Positions 10,588 through 19,404 of a DNA stretch of 64,000 nucleotides are shown here, in pieces. Position 1 is the first letter of the stretch, and every line of letters starts with the position of its first letter. The position numbers were made by a program, and so were the translations under genes. The DNA lies in contig CAVXTW010000015.1 in the NCBI GenBank assembly GCA_963764695.1, positions 157,845 through 221,844 on the forward strand, read 5' to 3'. Source of the DNA: an uncultured delta proteobacterium (lineage in GTDB: Bacteria > Myxococcota_A > Polyangia > Haliangiales > Haliangiaceae). The notes below the pieces were generated by a model that had not been told where the DNA came from, did not search any database, and saw only the letters and a list, made by a program, of their open reading frames with translations.

Positions 10588-11640
10588 TCAGGTCTCGAAC
10601 GGGTTGAACGTGTAGTCGAAGCTGACCTCCTCCGGGATGGTGAAGTACTCGGTGACCAGCCCGGCCGGATCGCGCGCCATGTCGCCGCGGCGAGGCACGT
10701 CGTTGTGATCGTCCCAGCCCCAGGGCGGGTTGGCGGCGTTCGTGTCGCACGCGGTCGGGCCGGCGCCGCAGCCGCCGGAGCTGTTGCCCGAGAAGGTCCC
10801 GAAGCTCGAGAACAGCGACGTGTTGTTGCGCAGACTCCACAGCCCGCCGGACGCCACGATGTCGATCAGCCGGTAGCGAACGCCGCGATCGTTGGGACCC
10901 GACGGAACCTCGGCGAGGCTGGACGATGGATAGTAGGAGACGCCGTCGCCGTTGATGTCGTAGTACGGGCGGGCCTTGAGACCGTGGCCCTTGGCCTCCT
11001 GCGCGGTGACCGGGTGCGGGCGCCCGCTCCAGTTCTCCATCGACAGGGTTCCGTCGAGGTCCTCGCCACCCTCCTCCCAGTCGGTGCTGGCCGGCAGGTA
11101 CGAGAAGAAGTCGCGGTGGGCGACGGTGACTGCCGACTTGAGGTCCCCGTAGGGCGAGCCGTCGCGGGCCACGGTCAGCATCACGCCCTCGGAGTCGTTC
11201 TCGTGCTCCGAGTCGAGCCAGGAGTCGGACCAGTCGCGCGGGTGGAAGAACATGTAGACGATGAACCAGTGCGTCTCCGTCTCGACGACCGAGAAGTAGA
11301 CGTACGCGGCAAGCGAGGAGGTCGAGCTGCCGGCGTGGTCCCAGTTGTCGTTGCCGACGAAGTTTCCGTCGAAGTTGACCCGCGCGATGTAGTCGGCGCG
11401 CCCGCCCAGCGCGTGGGAACCGGTCTGATCGACGTCCTGGTAGTGGATGGGCGCCCAGCGAAGCGCGAGCTCGGCGCGGTCGGCTGGAGTGCCGGCCGAC
11501 AGCGCCAGGGCCGTGGAGTCGATCTCCTCCTCGTCCCCCATCTCGGCGCATCCCCACGGAGCCGCCAGGAGGATCGCGGCCAGAGCGCAGGCGCACGTCC
11601 CGCGGCTCGATGTCGGTCGGCATCTCGGGTCCAGGCGCAT
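10588..11640 (-). CDS. secreted hypothetical protein with a Vps62/DUF946-like domain
   Basis: The signal peptide MRLDPRCRPTSSRGTCACALAAILLAAPWGCAE precedes the mature region. Motifs THWFIVYMFFHPRDWSDSWLDSEHENDSEGVMLTV and NWSGRPHPVTAQEAKGHGLKARPYY resemble the conserved Vps62/DUF946 blocks (recalled, not searched). Only the 3' 351 codons of the 805-codon ORF are real; the rest is antisense to the adaptor gene. Confidence 0.55.
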   Translation of the reverse strand: MRLDPRCRPTSSRGTCACALAAILLAAPWGCAEMGDEEEIDSTALALSAGTPADRAELALRWAPIHYQDVDQTGSHALGGRADYIARVNFDGNFVGNDNWDHAGSSTSSLAAYVYFSVVETETHWFIVYMFFHPRDWSDSWLDSEHENDSEGVMLTVARDGSPYGDLKSAVTVAHRDFFSYLPASTDWEEGGEDLDGTLSMENWSGRPHPVTAQEAKGHGLKARPYYDINGDGVSYYPSSSLAEVPSGPNDRGVRYRLIDIVASGGLWSLRNNTSLFSSFGTFSGNSSGGCGAGPTACDTNAANPPWGWDDHNDVPRRGDMARDPAGLVTEYFTIPEEVSFDYTFNPFET

Positions 11641-11663
11641 GGACGGTCTCCCCCCGATCGCAG

Positions 11664-11675
11664 TGGTTCGAACCA
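11664..11675. promoter_or_regulatory. perfect 12-bp palindrome TGGTTCGAACCA in a divergent intergenic region
   Basis: TGGTTCGAACCA equals its own reverse complement. It sits about 25-35 bp upstream of the Vps62-like gene start and 170 bp upstream of the heavy-metal efflux adaptor gene. Confidence 0.25.
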
Positions 11676-11847
11676 GTAGATGCGAAACGAGGCAGGCGTC
11701 ACAAGGGAACGCTGTGCGCCGGTGTGACCGCGAGGCGCTCGCTGGCCGTGGCCTGGCCCCGTCGAGCGGAGGCCACGAGGGCATGCCGCGGCGCGCAATT
11801 GCTGCGTCATCGCAGACGAACCGCCAGGCGCCGCCAGCATTTCGTGG

Positions 11848-13152
11848 TTGAAGGCGTCGATCCGTCCGCCTACGTTCGAACGACGGGAGGTTTCGCGGAT
11901 GGCGCTCGCCCGGCGAAGCGGACGTGTGGAGGATGGTGTGCCCGCGTCGGACGAAGCGAGCGCGCCGTCGAGGTTCGTCGCCGCCGCGCGCTGGACGCTG
12001 GTGGCCGCGACGGCCGCCCTGGCGGTCTACTCGGTCGCGCGCGCGACCGGGCTGTTCGACGCAGCGTCCGCGGCAACCGCCGGGCAGTACGTCTGCCCGA
12101 TGCACCCGGAGGTGACCAGCTCGCAGCCGGCGCTCTGCCCGGTGTGCAACATGCGGCTGGAGGCGCGTGCGCAGGCTCCTTCGGCCGATTCGACCACTGC
12201 GCCGCGCGCGGTGCCGGTTCGTCGCAGGCAGGTGACGCGGACGTTCGCCGCGCCCGCCGCCCTGGTCGTGCCGGACGGGCACCTGGTCTCTGTCTCCGCC
12301 CGCGCCCAGGGCTGGATCGCGACGCTGCCGGTCGCCGAGGTCGGCCGCCGCGTCGAGCGCGGGCAGGTGCTGGCCACCCTCGACAGCCCGGACCTGTTCC
12401 GCCTGCAGCAGAAGTACCTCAACGCGGTGCGCTGGAGCCGCGCCGGCCAGCCCAACGTGCAGCCCAGCCACGACGGAGACTCGACCGGCGATCTGGTCGC
12501 CGAGGCGCGCACCCAGCTGGGCCTGGCCGGACTCTCCGGCCCGGACATCGACGCCATCGTCGCCGGCGGCACGCCGCGGCGCGCGGTGGCCCTGCGCTCG
12601 CCCATCGACGGCGTCGTGATCCGCAAGCAGGCCGACCGGGGCGGGTTCGCGGCCGTCGGACAGGAGCTGTTCGCGGTCGCCGACCTCGGCACCATGTGGG
12701 CGGTGGCGGAGGTGCCCGAGAGCAGCACCGCTCGACTCGGCGTCGGCGAGCGCGTCCGCGTCGAGCTCGCGGCCGGCCCCGCCATCGACGGAGCCATCGC
12801 CTTCATCCATCCCACCGTCGACGAGGCGAGCCGGACCGTGAGCGTCCGCGTCGAGCTGCCCAACCGCGACGGCGCGCTGCGCCCCGGCACGTCCGCCACC
12901 GTCCACCTCGCGAGCGCGCCGGTCGAGGTGCAGGTGGTGCCGGCCGCCAGCGTTGTCGACACCGGCTCGCGCCCGATCGTCTACGTGGCGCGCGACGGCC
13001 GCCACGAGCCGCGCGCGGTCGTGCTCGGCGCGCGCATCGACGACGACGTCGAGGTGGTGAGCGGCCTGGCCGCCGGCGAGCTGGTCGTCGGCGACGGCGC
13101 CTTCCTCCTGGAGTCCGAGAGCCGCCGGCGCGCGGCCCCCGCGGCGCCGTGA
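11848..13152 (+). CDS. efflux RND transporter periplasmic adaptor subunit, heavy-metal type (CusB/CzcB-like) with N-terminal metal-binding motif
   Basis: A YVCPMHPEVTSSQPALCPVCNMRL heavy-metal binding motif is followed by HlyD-type beta-barrel and lipoyl segments. It is 434 residues and its stop overlaps the next start as GTGA. Confidence 0.85.
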   Translation: MKASIRPPTFERREVSRMALARRSGRVEDGVPASDEASAPSRFVAAARWTLVAATAALAVYSVARATGLFDAASAATAGQYVCPMHPEVTSSQPALCPVCNMRLEARAQAPSADSTTAPRAVPVRRRQVTRTFAAPAALVVPDGHLVSVSARAQGWIATLPVAEVGRRVERGQVLATLDSPDLFRLQQKYLNAVRWSRAGQPNVQPSHDGDSTGDLVAEARTQLGLAGLSGPDIDAIVAGGTPRRAVALRSPIDGVVIRKQADRGGFAAVGQELFAVADLGTMWAVAEVPESSTARLGVGERVRVELAAGPAIDGAIAFIHPTVDEASRTVSVRVELPNRDGALRPGTSATVHLASAPVEVQVVPAASVVDTGSRPIVYVARDGRHEPRAVVLGARIDDDVEVVSGLAAGELVVGDGAFLLESESRRRAAPAAP

Positions 13153-16100
13153 TCGCGGCGATCCTCGACTGGTCGGCGCGTCACCGCGCCAAGGTCCTGG
13201 TGGCGACGTCGCTGGTCGCCCTGGCGGCCTGGCTCGGCATCGATCGGCTGGCCATCGACGCCAGGCCGGATCACGCCGACCGCCAGGTGATCGTCGTCGG
13301 CGAGTGGCCCGGTCGCAGCGCCAGCCTGGTCGAGACCAGGCTGACCGGCGTCCTCAGCGCGGGCCTGGTCGGCCTGCCGTCCGTCGGTGCGGTGCGCGGA
13401 TCGTCGATGACGGGGATGTCGTTCGTCCACCTCGTGCTCGAGGACGGGGCCGACATCGGCGCGACGAGGACGCGCGTGTCCGAGCAGCTCGACGCGCTGC
13501 GCTCGCAGCTGCCCGAGGAGGCGACCGCGACGCTCGGCCCGGACGCCAGCGCGGTCGGCTGGGTCTATCAGTATGCCCTTGTCGATCGGGCCGGCCGCCT
13601 GGACCAGCTGCGCGCCTTTCAGGACCAGACCCTGCGGCCCGCGCTGGCGTCGCTTCCGGGCGTGGCCGAGGTCGCCGCGGTCGGCGGCCACGTGCGCCAG
13701 TTCGACGTCACCGTCGATCCGCGTCGCCTGGCCGCACGCGAGGTCCGGCTGTCCGAGGTGATGGAGGCCCTGCGTGCGGCCAACCTCGAGTCCGGCGGTC
13801 AGTCACTGGAGCTGGCCGGGCGCGAGGTGACGGTGCGAGGTCGCGGCGCGGTCGCGCGGCTCGCCGATCTCGAGACCGCGGTGGTGCGCGGCGGCCCGCC
13901 GCCGGTCCTGGTGCGCGATGTGGCCACCGTCGCCCTCGGTCCGGCCCCGCGCCGCGGGCTGGCCGACTGGAACGGCGAGGGCGAGGCGGTCGGCGGCATC
14001 GTGATCATGCGCCAGGGCGAGAACGCGCTTCGCGTGATCGACGCCGTCGAGGAGAAGCTCGCCGCCCTGCGTCCTGGCATGCCGCCTGGTGTCGACCTGC
14101 ACGTCGCCTACGACCGCTCGAGCCTGATCCGCCGCGCGGTCGACACCCTGCGCGTCGCGCTGCTCGAGGAGGGGCTGGCGGTCTCGCTGTTCATCCTGCT
14201 CTTCCTGCTCCACCTGCGCAGCGCGCTCCTGCCCGCGCTCTCGCTGCCGCTGGTGGCGCTGCTCAGCGTGCTGCCCATGGTGCTGTTCGACGTGCCGGTG
14301 ACGATCATGAGCCTGGGCGGCATCGCCATCGCGCTGGGCGCCGCCATCGACGCCGAGATCGTCATGATCGAGGCTTGCCACCGACGGCTCGAGAGCGCGC
14401 CGCCCGGCGCCGACCGGCGACGGCTGCTGGCCGCGGCCGCCCGCCAGGTGACGCCGGCCATCTTCTTCTCGCTGCTGGTGGTGGCGGTGGCGTTCCTGCC
14501 GGTCTTCGCCCTGACCGGCGAGGCGGCGCGCCTGTTCCGGCCGCTGGCCTTCACCAAGACCGCCGTGATGGTGCTGTCCGCGATCCTGTCGATCACCTTC
14601 GCGCCAGCGCTGCGCGACTTCCTGCTGCGCGGCCCGATACGCCCGGAATCCGTCCATCCGGTGTCGCGCCTGTGCCGCCGCGTGTACGGGCCGTTCGTGC
14701 TGGCCGCCCTGCGCAACCCGCGCTCGACCCTGCTCATCGGCCTCTTCGCCGTCATCTCGGCGGTGCCGGTCGCCATGCGCCTGGGGCACGAGTTCATGCC
14801 TCCGCTCGACGAGGGCGACCTGCTCTACATGCCCACGACCTCGGCGAACATCTCGATGGAGGAGGCCAAGCGGCAGCTGCAGCGACAGGACCAGGTGCTG
14901 CGATCGTTCCCGGAGGTGGCCTCGGTGTTCGGCAAGGTCGGACGGGCCGCCTCCGCCACCGATCCGGCGCCCATCACCATGATCGAGACCACCGTCCGTC
15001 TGCGCCCCCGGAGCGACTGGCGCCCCGAGATGCGCAGCACCGACGATCTGGTGCGGGCCATGGACGCGCGCATGCGCTTTCCCGGCTGGACCAACGCGTG
15101 GACCATGCCGATCCAGGGCCGCGTCAACATGCTGAGCACCGGCATGCGCACGCCGGTGGGCCTGAAGATCTTCGGCCCCGACCGGGCGGCGATCGATCGG
15201 GCGGGCGCGGCGCTCGAGCGCGTGCTCGCCTCGGTGCCGGGTACCCGCGGCGCCTTCTTCGAGCGCACCGCCGGCGGCCTGCATGCCGACATCGTTCCGG
15301 ATCGCGAGGCGCTGGCCCGCTCCGGCGTCCGCGTCTCCGATCTCATGGATATCGTCAACGCGGTCGGCGGCCGCATGGTCGGCCACGCGATCGACGGCCG
15401 CGCCCGCCTTCCCATCCGTGTCCGCTTCCCGCCCGATACGGTCGCCGACCTCGACAGCCTGCGCAGCCTTCCGGTACCGGTCGCCAGTGCGAAGACGCGG
15501 GCCATGCAGCCGTCGTCGCCGTCACCGTCGCCGGCGAGCGACGACATGCCCATGAGCGACATGGTGCGGGCCGCGCCCCAGCCGCCCACGCCGTCGCGCC
15601 TGCGCCTCGCCCACGTCCCGCTGTCGCAGCTCGCGCGCGTCAACCTGGTCGAGGACGCGGCCATGATCCGCAGCGAGGGCGGCCAGCCGGTCGGCTACCT
15701 GCACCTGGACGTCGATCCGGCGACGACCGACCTGGCCGGATACGTCGCCGCCGGGGCCGCCGCCGTCGACCGGGCGCGCTCCAGCGGCGCGCTCACCCTG
15801 GGGGTCGGGGTCCACCTGGCCTGGGCCGGCCAGCACGAGCAGCTGCTCGAGACCGAGGCGCGCCTCAAGATCATCGTCCCGCTGACCCTGCTGGCGATCT
15901 TCCTGCTGCTCTATCTCCACTTCCGCAGCGCGGTGGAGACGGCGATGGTGCTGCTCTCGGTCCCCTTCGCGCTGGTGGGCAGCTTCTGGCTGCTCGACCT
16001 GCTCGACTACCACCTGTCCACGGCGGTCTGGATCGGCCTGATTGCCGTGGTCGGACTGGCCGCCCAGACCGGCGTCGTGATGGTCGTCTACATCGACGAG

Positions 16101-16583
16101 GCGTACCTGCGCCGCAAGCGCGCCGGCCTGATCCGGTCGCTCGACGACATCATCGCCGCTCACCTCGAGGGGACCGTGCAGCGCCTGCGGCCCAAGCTGA
16201 TGACGGTCGGCGCGATGCTGGCCGGCCTGCTGCCGCTGCTGTGGGCCACGTCGTCGGGCGCAGACGTCATGAAGCGCATCGCCGCGCCGATGGTCGGGGG
16301 CCTGATCACCTCCGCGTTCCTGACCCTGGAGGTCATCCCGGTCGTCTACACGTACTGGCGCGCCGAGCAGCTCCTGTGGGAGCGCGCCGCCGGTAGCGCA
16401 TCTTTCGTCCGGCTGCAGCGCGCGGCCCGGCTCACAGGCTGGGCCGCCCTGGCGACGCTGCTCGTCGCGGTCCTGCCTCTCTATGTCTCCATGCCGCGGC
16501 CGGCGACCATCGCCGCGCTCACCACGGCGATCGCCCTGACCATCGGCTTCGCCCTCCGCTATCGCCGCCTGCGCGCCGCGTAG
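13149..16583 (+). CDS. CusA/CzcA family heavy-metal efflux RND transporter
   Basis: Twelve-TM RND architecture with large periplasmic loops. The N-terminus IAAILDWSARHRAKVLVATSLVALAAWLGIDRLAIDARPD is typical of the family. GTG start 13149 overlaps the adaptor stop. It carries a Ser/Pro/Met-rich insertion PSSPSPSPASDDMPMSDM. Confidence 0.85.
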   Translation: MIAAILDWSARHRAKVLVATSLVALAAWLGIDRLAIDARPDHADRQVIVVGEWPGRSASLVETRLTGVLSAGLVGLPSVGAVRGSSMTGMSFVHLVLEDGADIGATRTRVSEQLDALRSQLPEEATATLGPDASAVGWVYQYALVDRAGRLDQLRAFQDQTLRPALASLPGVAEVAAVGGHVRQFDVTVDPRRLAAREVRLSEVMEALRAANLESGGQSLELAGREVTVRGRGAVARLADLETAVVRGGPPPVLVRDVATVALGPAPRRGLADWNGEGEAVGGIVIMRQGENALRVIDAVEEKLAALRPGMPPGVDLHVAYDRSSLIRRAVDTLRVALLEEGLAVSLFILLFLLHLRSALLPALSLPLVALLSVLPMVLFDVPVTIMSLGGIAIALGAAIDAEIVMIEACHRRLESAPPGADRRRLLAAAARQVTPAIFFSLLVVAVAFLPVFALTGEAARLFRPLAFTKTAVMVLSAILSITFAPALRDFLLRGPIRPESVHPVSRLCRRVYGPFVLAALRNPRSTLLIGLFAVISAVPVAMRLGHEFMPPLDEGDLLYMPTTSANISMEEAKRQLQRQDQVLRSFPEVASVFGKVGRAASATDPAPITMIETTVRLRPRSDWRPEMRSTDDLVRAMDARMRFPGWTNAWTMPIQGRVNMLSTGMRTPVGLKIFGPDRAAIDRAGAALERVLASVPGTRGAFFERTAGGLHADIVPDREALARSGVRVSDLMDIVNAVGGRMVGHAIDGRARLPIRVRFPPDTVADLDSLRSLPVPVASAKTRAMQPSSPSPSPASDDMPMSDMVRAAPQPPTPSRLRLAHVPLSQLARVNLVEDAAMIRSEGGQPVGYLHLDVDPATTDLAGYVAAGAAAVDRARSSGALTLGVGVHLAWAGQHEQLLETEARLKIIVPLTLLAIFLLLYLHFRSAVETAMVLLSVPFALVGSFWLLDLLDYHLSTAVWIGLIAVVGLAAQTGVVMVVYIDEAYLRRKRAGLIRSLDDIIAAHLEGTVQRLRPKLMTVGAMLAGLLPLLWATSSGADVMKRIAAPMVGGLITSAFLTLEVIPVVYTYWRAEQLLWERAAGSASFVRLQRAARLTGWAALATLLVAVLPLYVSMPRPATIAALTTAIALTIGFALRYRRLRAA

Positions 16584-16597
16584 AGTCGCCTTTCCTG

Positions 16598-19210
16598 TCA
16601 GTACGGAGCGCTCTCCACCGGCCCGGTACCGGTCGGAACGAACGTGGCGCTCGACGTCAGCAGGACCTTGTCGAGCTGGGTGCCGTCCTCGCGCATCCAG
16701 ATGCTGACCCGGTGCAGGCCGATGCTGGGCACGTTCAGCGTCGCCACCGGGCCGTCCATGGTGGCCCTCACCCAGGCGAAGGCGGTGCCGCCGGCGCTGA
16801 TGCGATCCGACGTGGTGTTCGCCGCACCGTCGAGCCCGGCGTGCATGCTGTCATCCGATCCGGTCGGACCTCGCATGCGCACCCAGACGTAGTGGGTCCC
16901 GGTCCTGGTGAAACTCGCCCAGTAGTCCAGGCGCGGACTGCCGGTGACGTAGCCGGTGTCGACCGCGGTGCCGGCGTTGGGCAGCGCGCTCATCGAGCCC
17001 ACGCCGGACTGACCGGACACGCCCACCCGGTTCCAGCTGCGGCCGCCCTGCGTGATCCGCGCGTGGAACCGCTCCGCCTCGATCGCGACCACGCCGTTGG
17101 TCCCCGCCTCCTGCTGGTAGGGCCGCTGCAGCGACAGCAGGCGCCCGATCGACGGCACCCCCGTGTTGCGCACGACGAACAGCCAGTAGTAGCCGGGCGG
17201 CGCGAGGTTCGAGCTCGCCGGCAGCGTGACGTTGAGCCCGCCGGCGACCGCGCTGAACGAGAGCCGGTTGATGCGCTGATCCTGATCGAACGCATGCGTC
17301 GTCGCGCCCAGCCGGATCACGTGCACCTTGGTGATCGCGGCGGCGTCCGGCGTCGCGACGAACACGGTCTGGCCGTAGGCGCCGCTGTCCGGCGCGCCGG
17401 TGACCGTCGGGCGCGCTCCCTTGAACAGGTACGGCGGCGAGTAGTACTCCATGTTGAAGTTGTTGGGACCGCCATTGGCCGCACCCGGGTGACCGCCGCC
17501 GAGGCTGACCACGCGCCCGTCCGGCAAGAGCACGGTCTCGGAGTGGTACAGCCTCGGCACCGCCGCCGCCGCGCCCATGGACCAGGTGTTGGCCAGCGGG
17601 TCCCAGATCTCCGCCGCGAAGAGCGACCCGGCGTTGTCGTTGAAGACCGGCGTCTTCGAGCCGCCGGTCACCAGCACGTTGCCGTCGGCCAGGATCACCG
17701 CGTTGATCTGGCGGCGCGGAAACGCCATCGGCGCCGCGAGCGACCAGGCCGGCGTGGCCGCCGCCAGATCGATCCGTTCGACCGTGTTGGTGATGTAGCC
17801 GCCGCCGATCAGCGCCACCTTGCCGGCGTCGTACATGACCGCGGCGCCGTAGTTGCGCTCGACGCTGCTGTTGATCGACGCCGACCACGACCCGGTCCCG
17901 GCGGTGTTGAGGAACTGCGCGCTCTGGTTGGGTCCGGCATTGAAGGCCCGGCCGTCCGGCGCCAGGAACATCATCGGGTAGAGCGGCACGCCGCGGACGG
18001 CCGTGCTGAGGGTGCGCCAGGTCTCGGTCTTGGCCTGAAAGACCTGCGGCGTGTTGTTGTTGACCCCGGGTGTGGTGCTGCCGCTGATCACCAGCGTGTC
18101 GCCGTTGGCCAGGGCCGTGTTGGTCGGGTACCAGCGCCCGGCGTTCATCGCCGCGTGGCTGGTGAAGGTGTTGCTGGCGTGGTCGTAGGCGAAGGCGGTG
18201 GCCAGCCCGAAGCCGTCCGCGCCGTCGTGGCCGCCGAAGATCATCGCGCGGCCCTGGGCGTCGAGCGTGTGGCCGGCGCAGAAGAGCTCGAGCACCGGGT
18301 GCGGCGTGGCCACGACGGTGCCGTCCGGGTTCAGCAGGCGCGGGTTGATGTCGGTGCCGGCCGACGCCCGATCCCAGAACAGCACCCGCTGGTTGGGCAG
18401 CATGACCGAGTGGATCGCGACCACCGGCAGGCCCGCCGTCGCCGTCCACTGACCGACAACCGCCGGGTCTCCGGCATACGTGATCGACACGTTTGTCACG
18501 TCGTGGTGCGCCGATTGACCGCCCGTGCGGGCCCCGAAGTAGGCGCGGCTCTCGAACGGGACCAGCCCGGCCACCGCGAAGTTCGAGACGATCGCCACCT
18601 CGGCCCCGCCCAGCGGAGTGAGAAAGACGCTGACGTTCGACTGTCCGCCCCCCGGCCGCACCACGATGCGGGCGTGGACCCACTGGCCGCTGGCCAGGTT
18701 TACCGTGCCCGCGCTGAACTGCCCGCGCAGGACGTTGTTGAAGTTGATCGAGACCTCGTTGGCGCTCAGGTCTCCGGGCGCATTCTGGTAGACGTCGAAG
18801 CCGACCCCGATGGCGCCGGGCGCGTTGGCCTCCTCGGCGCCCTGGCAGGTGCCGCCCGTCACGTCGTTCACGGCGGTGTTGAGCAGGATGAAGCCGAGGC
18901 CGTCCGCCTTGCTTGTCGGGGAGGCCGGCGTGATCCGGAAGTCGAACTGCGCGGTGATGGTGGTGAAGGCGCCGCGATCGCTCGACGCGAACGCCACGCT
19001 GTTCCGGCCGCTGGCGTCGCCGGCTCTCACCAGGCGCATGAACTTGCCGGTGCCGGTCGGGCCTCCATCGAGGATGACCGGCCCGGCGACGGCCGAGCAC
19101 GCCGAGGCGACGTAGGCCGTGCCCGGGCTGTTGAAGTTCTGGGTGGTGGCGGCCGTCGCCACCCCCGACCCGCCGCACACAGACAGCACACAGAGAAGCG
19201 GTCTCGACAC
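16598..19210 (-). CDS. secreted galactose oxidase/glyoxal oxidase-like protein (N-terminal lectin-like domain, kelch beta-propeller, DUF1929 Ig domain, extra C-terminal putative carbohydrate-binding domain)
   Basis: A signal peptide is followed by a legume-lectin-like region (DGLGFILLNTAV). Kelch repeats include LFCAGHTL and AMNAGRWYPT. The DUF1929 signature PPGYYWLFVVRNTGVPS is present. Product is 870 residues. Confidence 0.8.
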   Translation of the reverse strand: MSRPLLCVLSVCGGSGVATAATTQNFNSPGTAYVASACSAVAGPVILDGGPTGTGKFMRLVRAGDASGRNSVAFASSDRGAFTTITAQFDFRITPASPTSKADGLGFILLNTAVNDVTGGTCQGAEEANAPGAIGVGFDVYQNAPGDLSANEVSINFNNVLRGQFSAGTVNLASGQWVHARIVVRPGGGQSNVSVFLTPLGGAEVAIVSNFAVAGLVPFESRAYFGARTGGQSAHHDVTNVSITYAGDPAVVGQWTATAGLPVVAIHSVMLPNQRVLFWDRASAGTDINPRLLNPDGTVVATPHPVLELFCAGHTLDAQGRAMIFGGHDGADGFGLATAFAYDHASNTFTSHAAMNAGRWYPTNTALANGDTLVISGSTTPGVNNNTPQVFQAKTETWRTLSTAVRGVPLYPMMFLAPDGRAFNAGPNQSAQFLNTAGTGSWSASINSSVERNYGAAVMYDAGKVALIGGGYITNTVERIDLAAATPAWSLAAPMAFPRRQINAVILADGNVLVTGGSKTPVFNDNAGSLFAAEIWDPLANTWSMGAAAAVPRLYHSETVLLPDGRVVSLGGGHPGAANGGPNNFNMEYYSPPYLFKGARPTVTGAPDSGAYGQTVFVATPDAAAITKVHVIRLGATTHAFDQDQRINRLSFSAVAGGLNVTLPASSNLAPPGYYWLFVVRNTGVPSIGRLLSLQRPYQQEAGTNGVVAIEAERFHARITQGGRSWNRVGVSGQSGVGSMSALPNAGTAVDTGYVTGSPRLDYWASFTRTGTHYVWVRMRGPTGSDDSMHAGLDGAANTTSDRISAGGTAFAWVRATMDGPVATLNVPSIGLHRVSIWMREDGTQLDKVLLTSSATFVPTGTGPVESAPY

Positions 19211-19404
19211 GACAACCCAGGGTCAACTCATGGGGCCTCCGATCGAGCGCGGTCGGGCGCGCTCCATCGGAAGCGCCCGCCAGGAGAGTCGTACGGATGT
19301 CTGCGCCTCACTCTCTCTAGCCGAGGCCGTGCATCTCCATCAACAACAACTTTCATCCGGCGCACGAATTCGCATGCGTGACGCGGGACGGCGACGCGAT
19401 CAGG

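Noticed and set aside
11640-13005. Upstream 450 codons of the 805-codon minus-strand ORF 10588-13005
   Set aside because: This part is antisense to the CusB-like adaptor gene and reads as Arg/Gly-rich sequence with no signal peptide. The genuine protein starts at the MRLDPR signal peptide (11640).
13304-16396. Very long alternative-frame and antisense ORFs over the RND pump gene (13304-16396 plus, 13803-15386 minus, 15522-16163 minus)
   Set aside because: They give Arg/Pro/Gly homopolymeric translations. The CusA-like frame explains the region completely.
16712-19381. 889-codon plus-strand ORF and a second minus-frame ORF over the galactose-oxidase-like gene
   Set aside because: These are shadow ORFs with Arg/Gly/His-rich products and no domain signatures. 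The minus-strand frame 16598-19210 has the signal peptide and kelch motifs.
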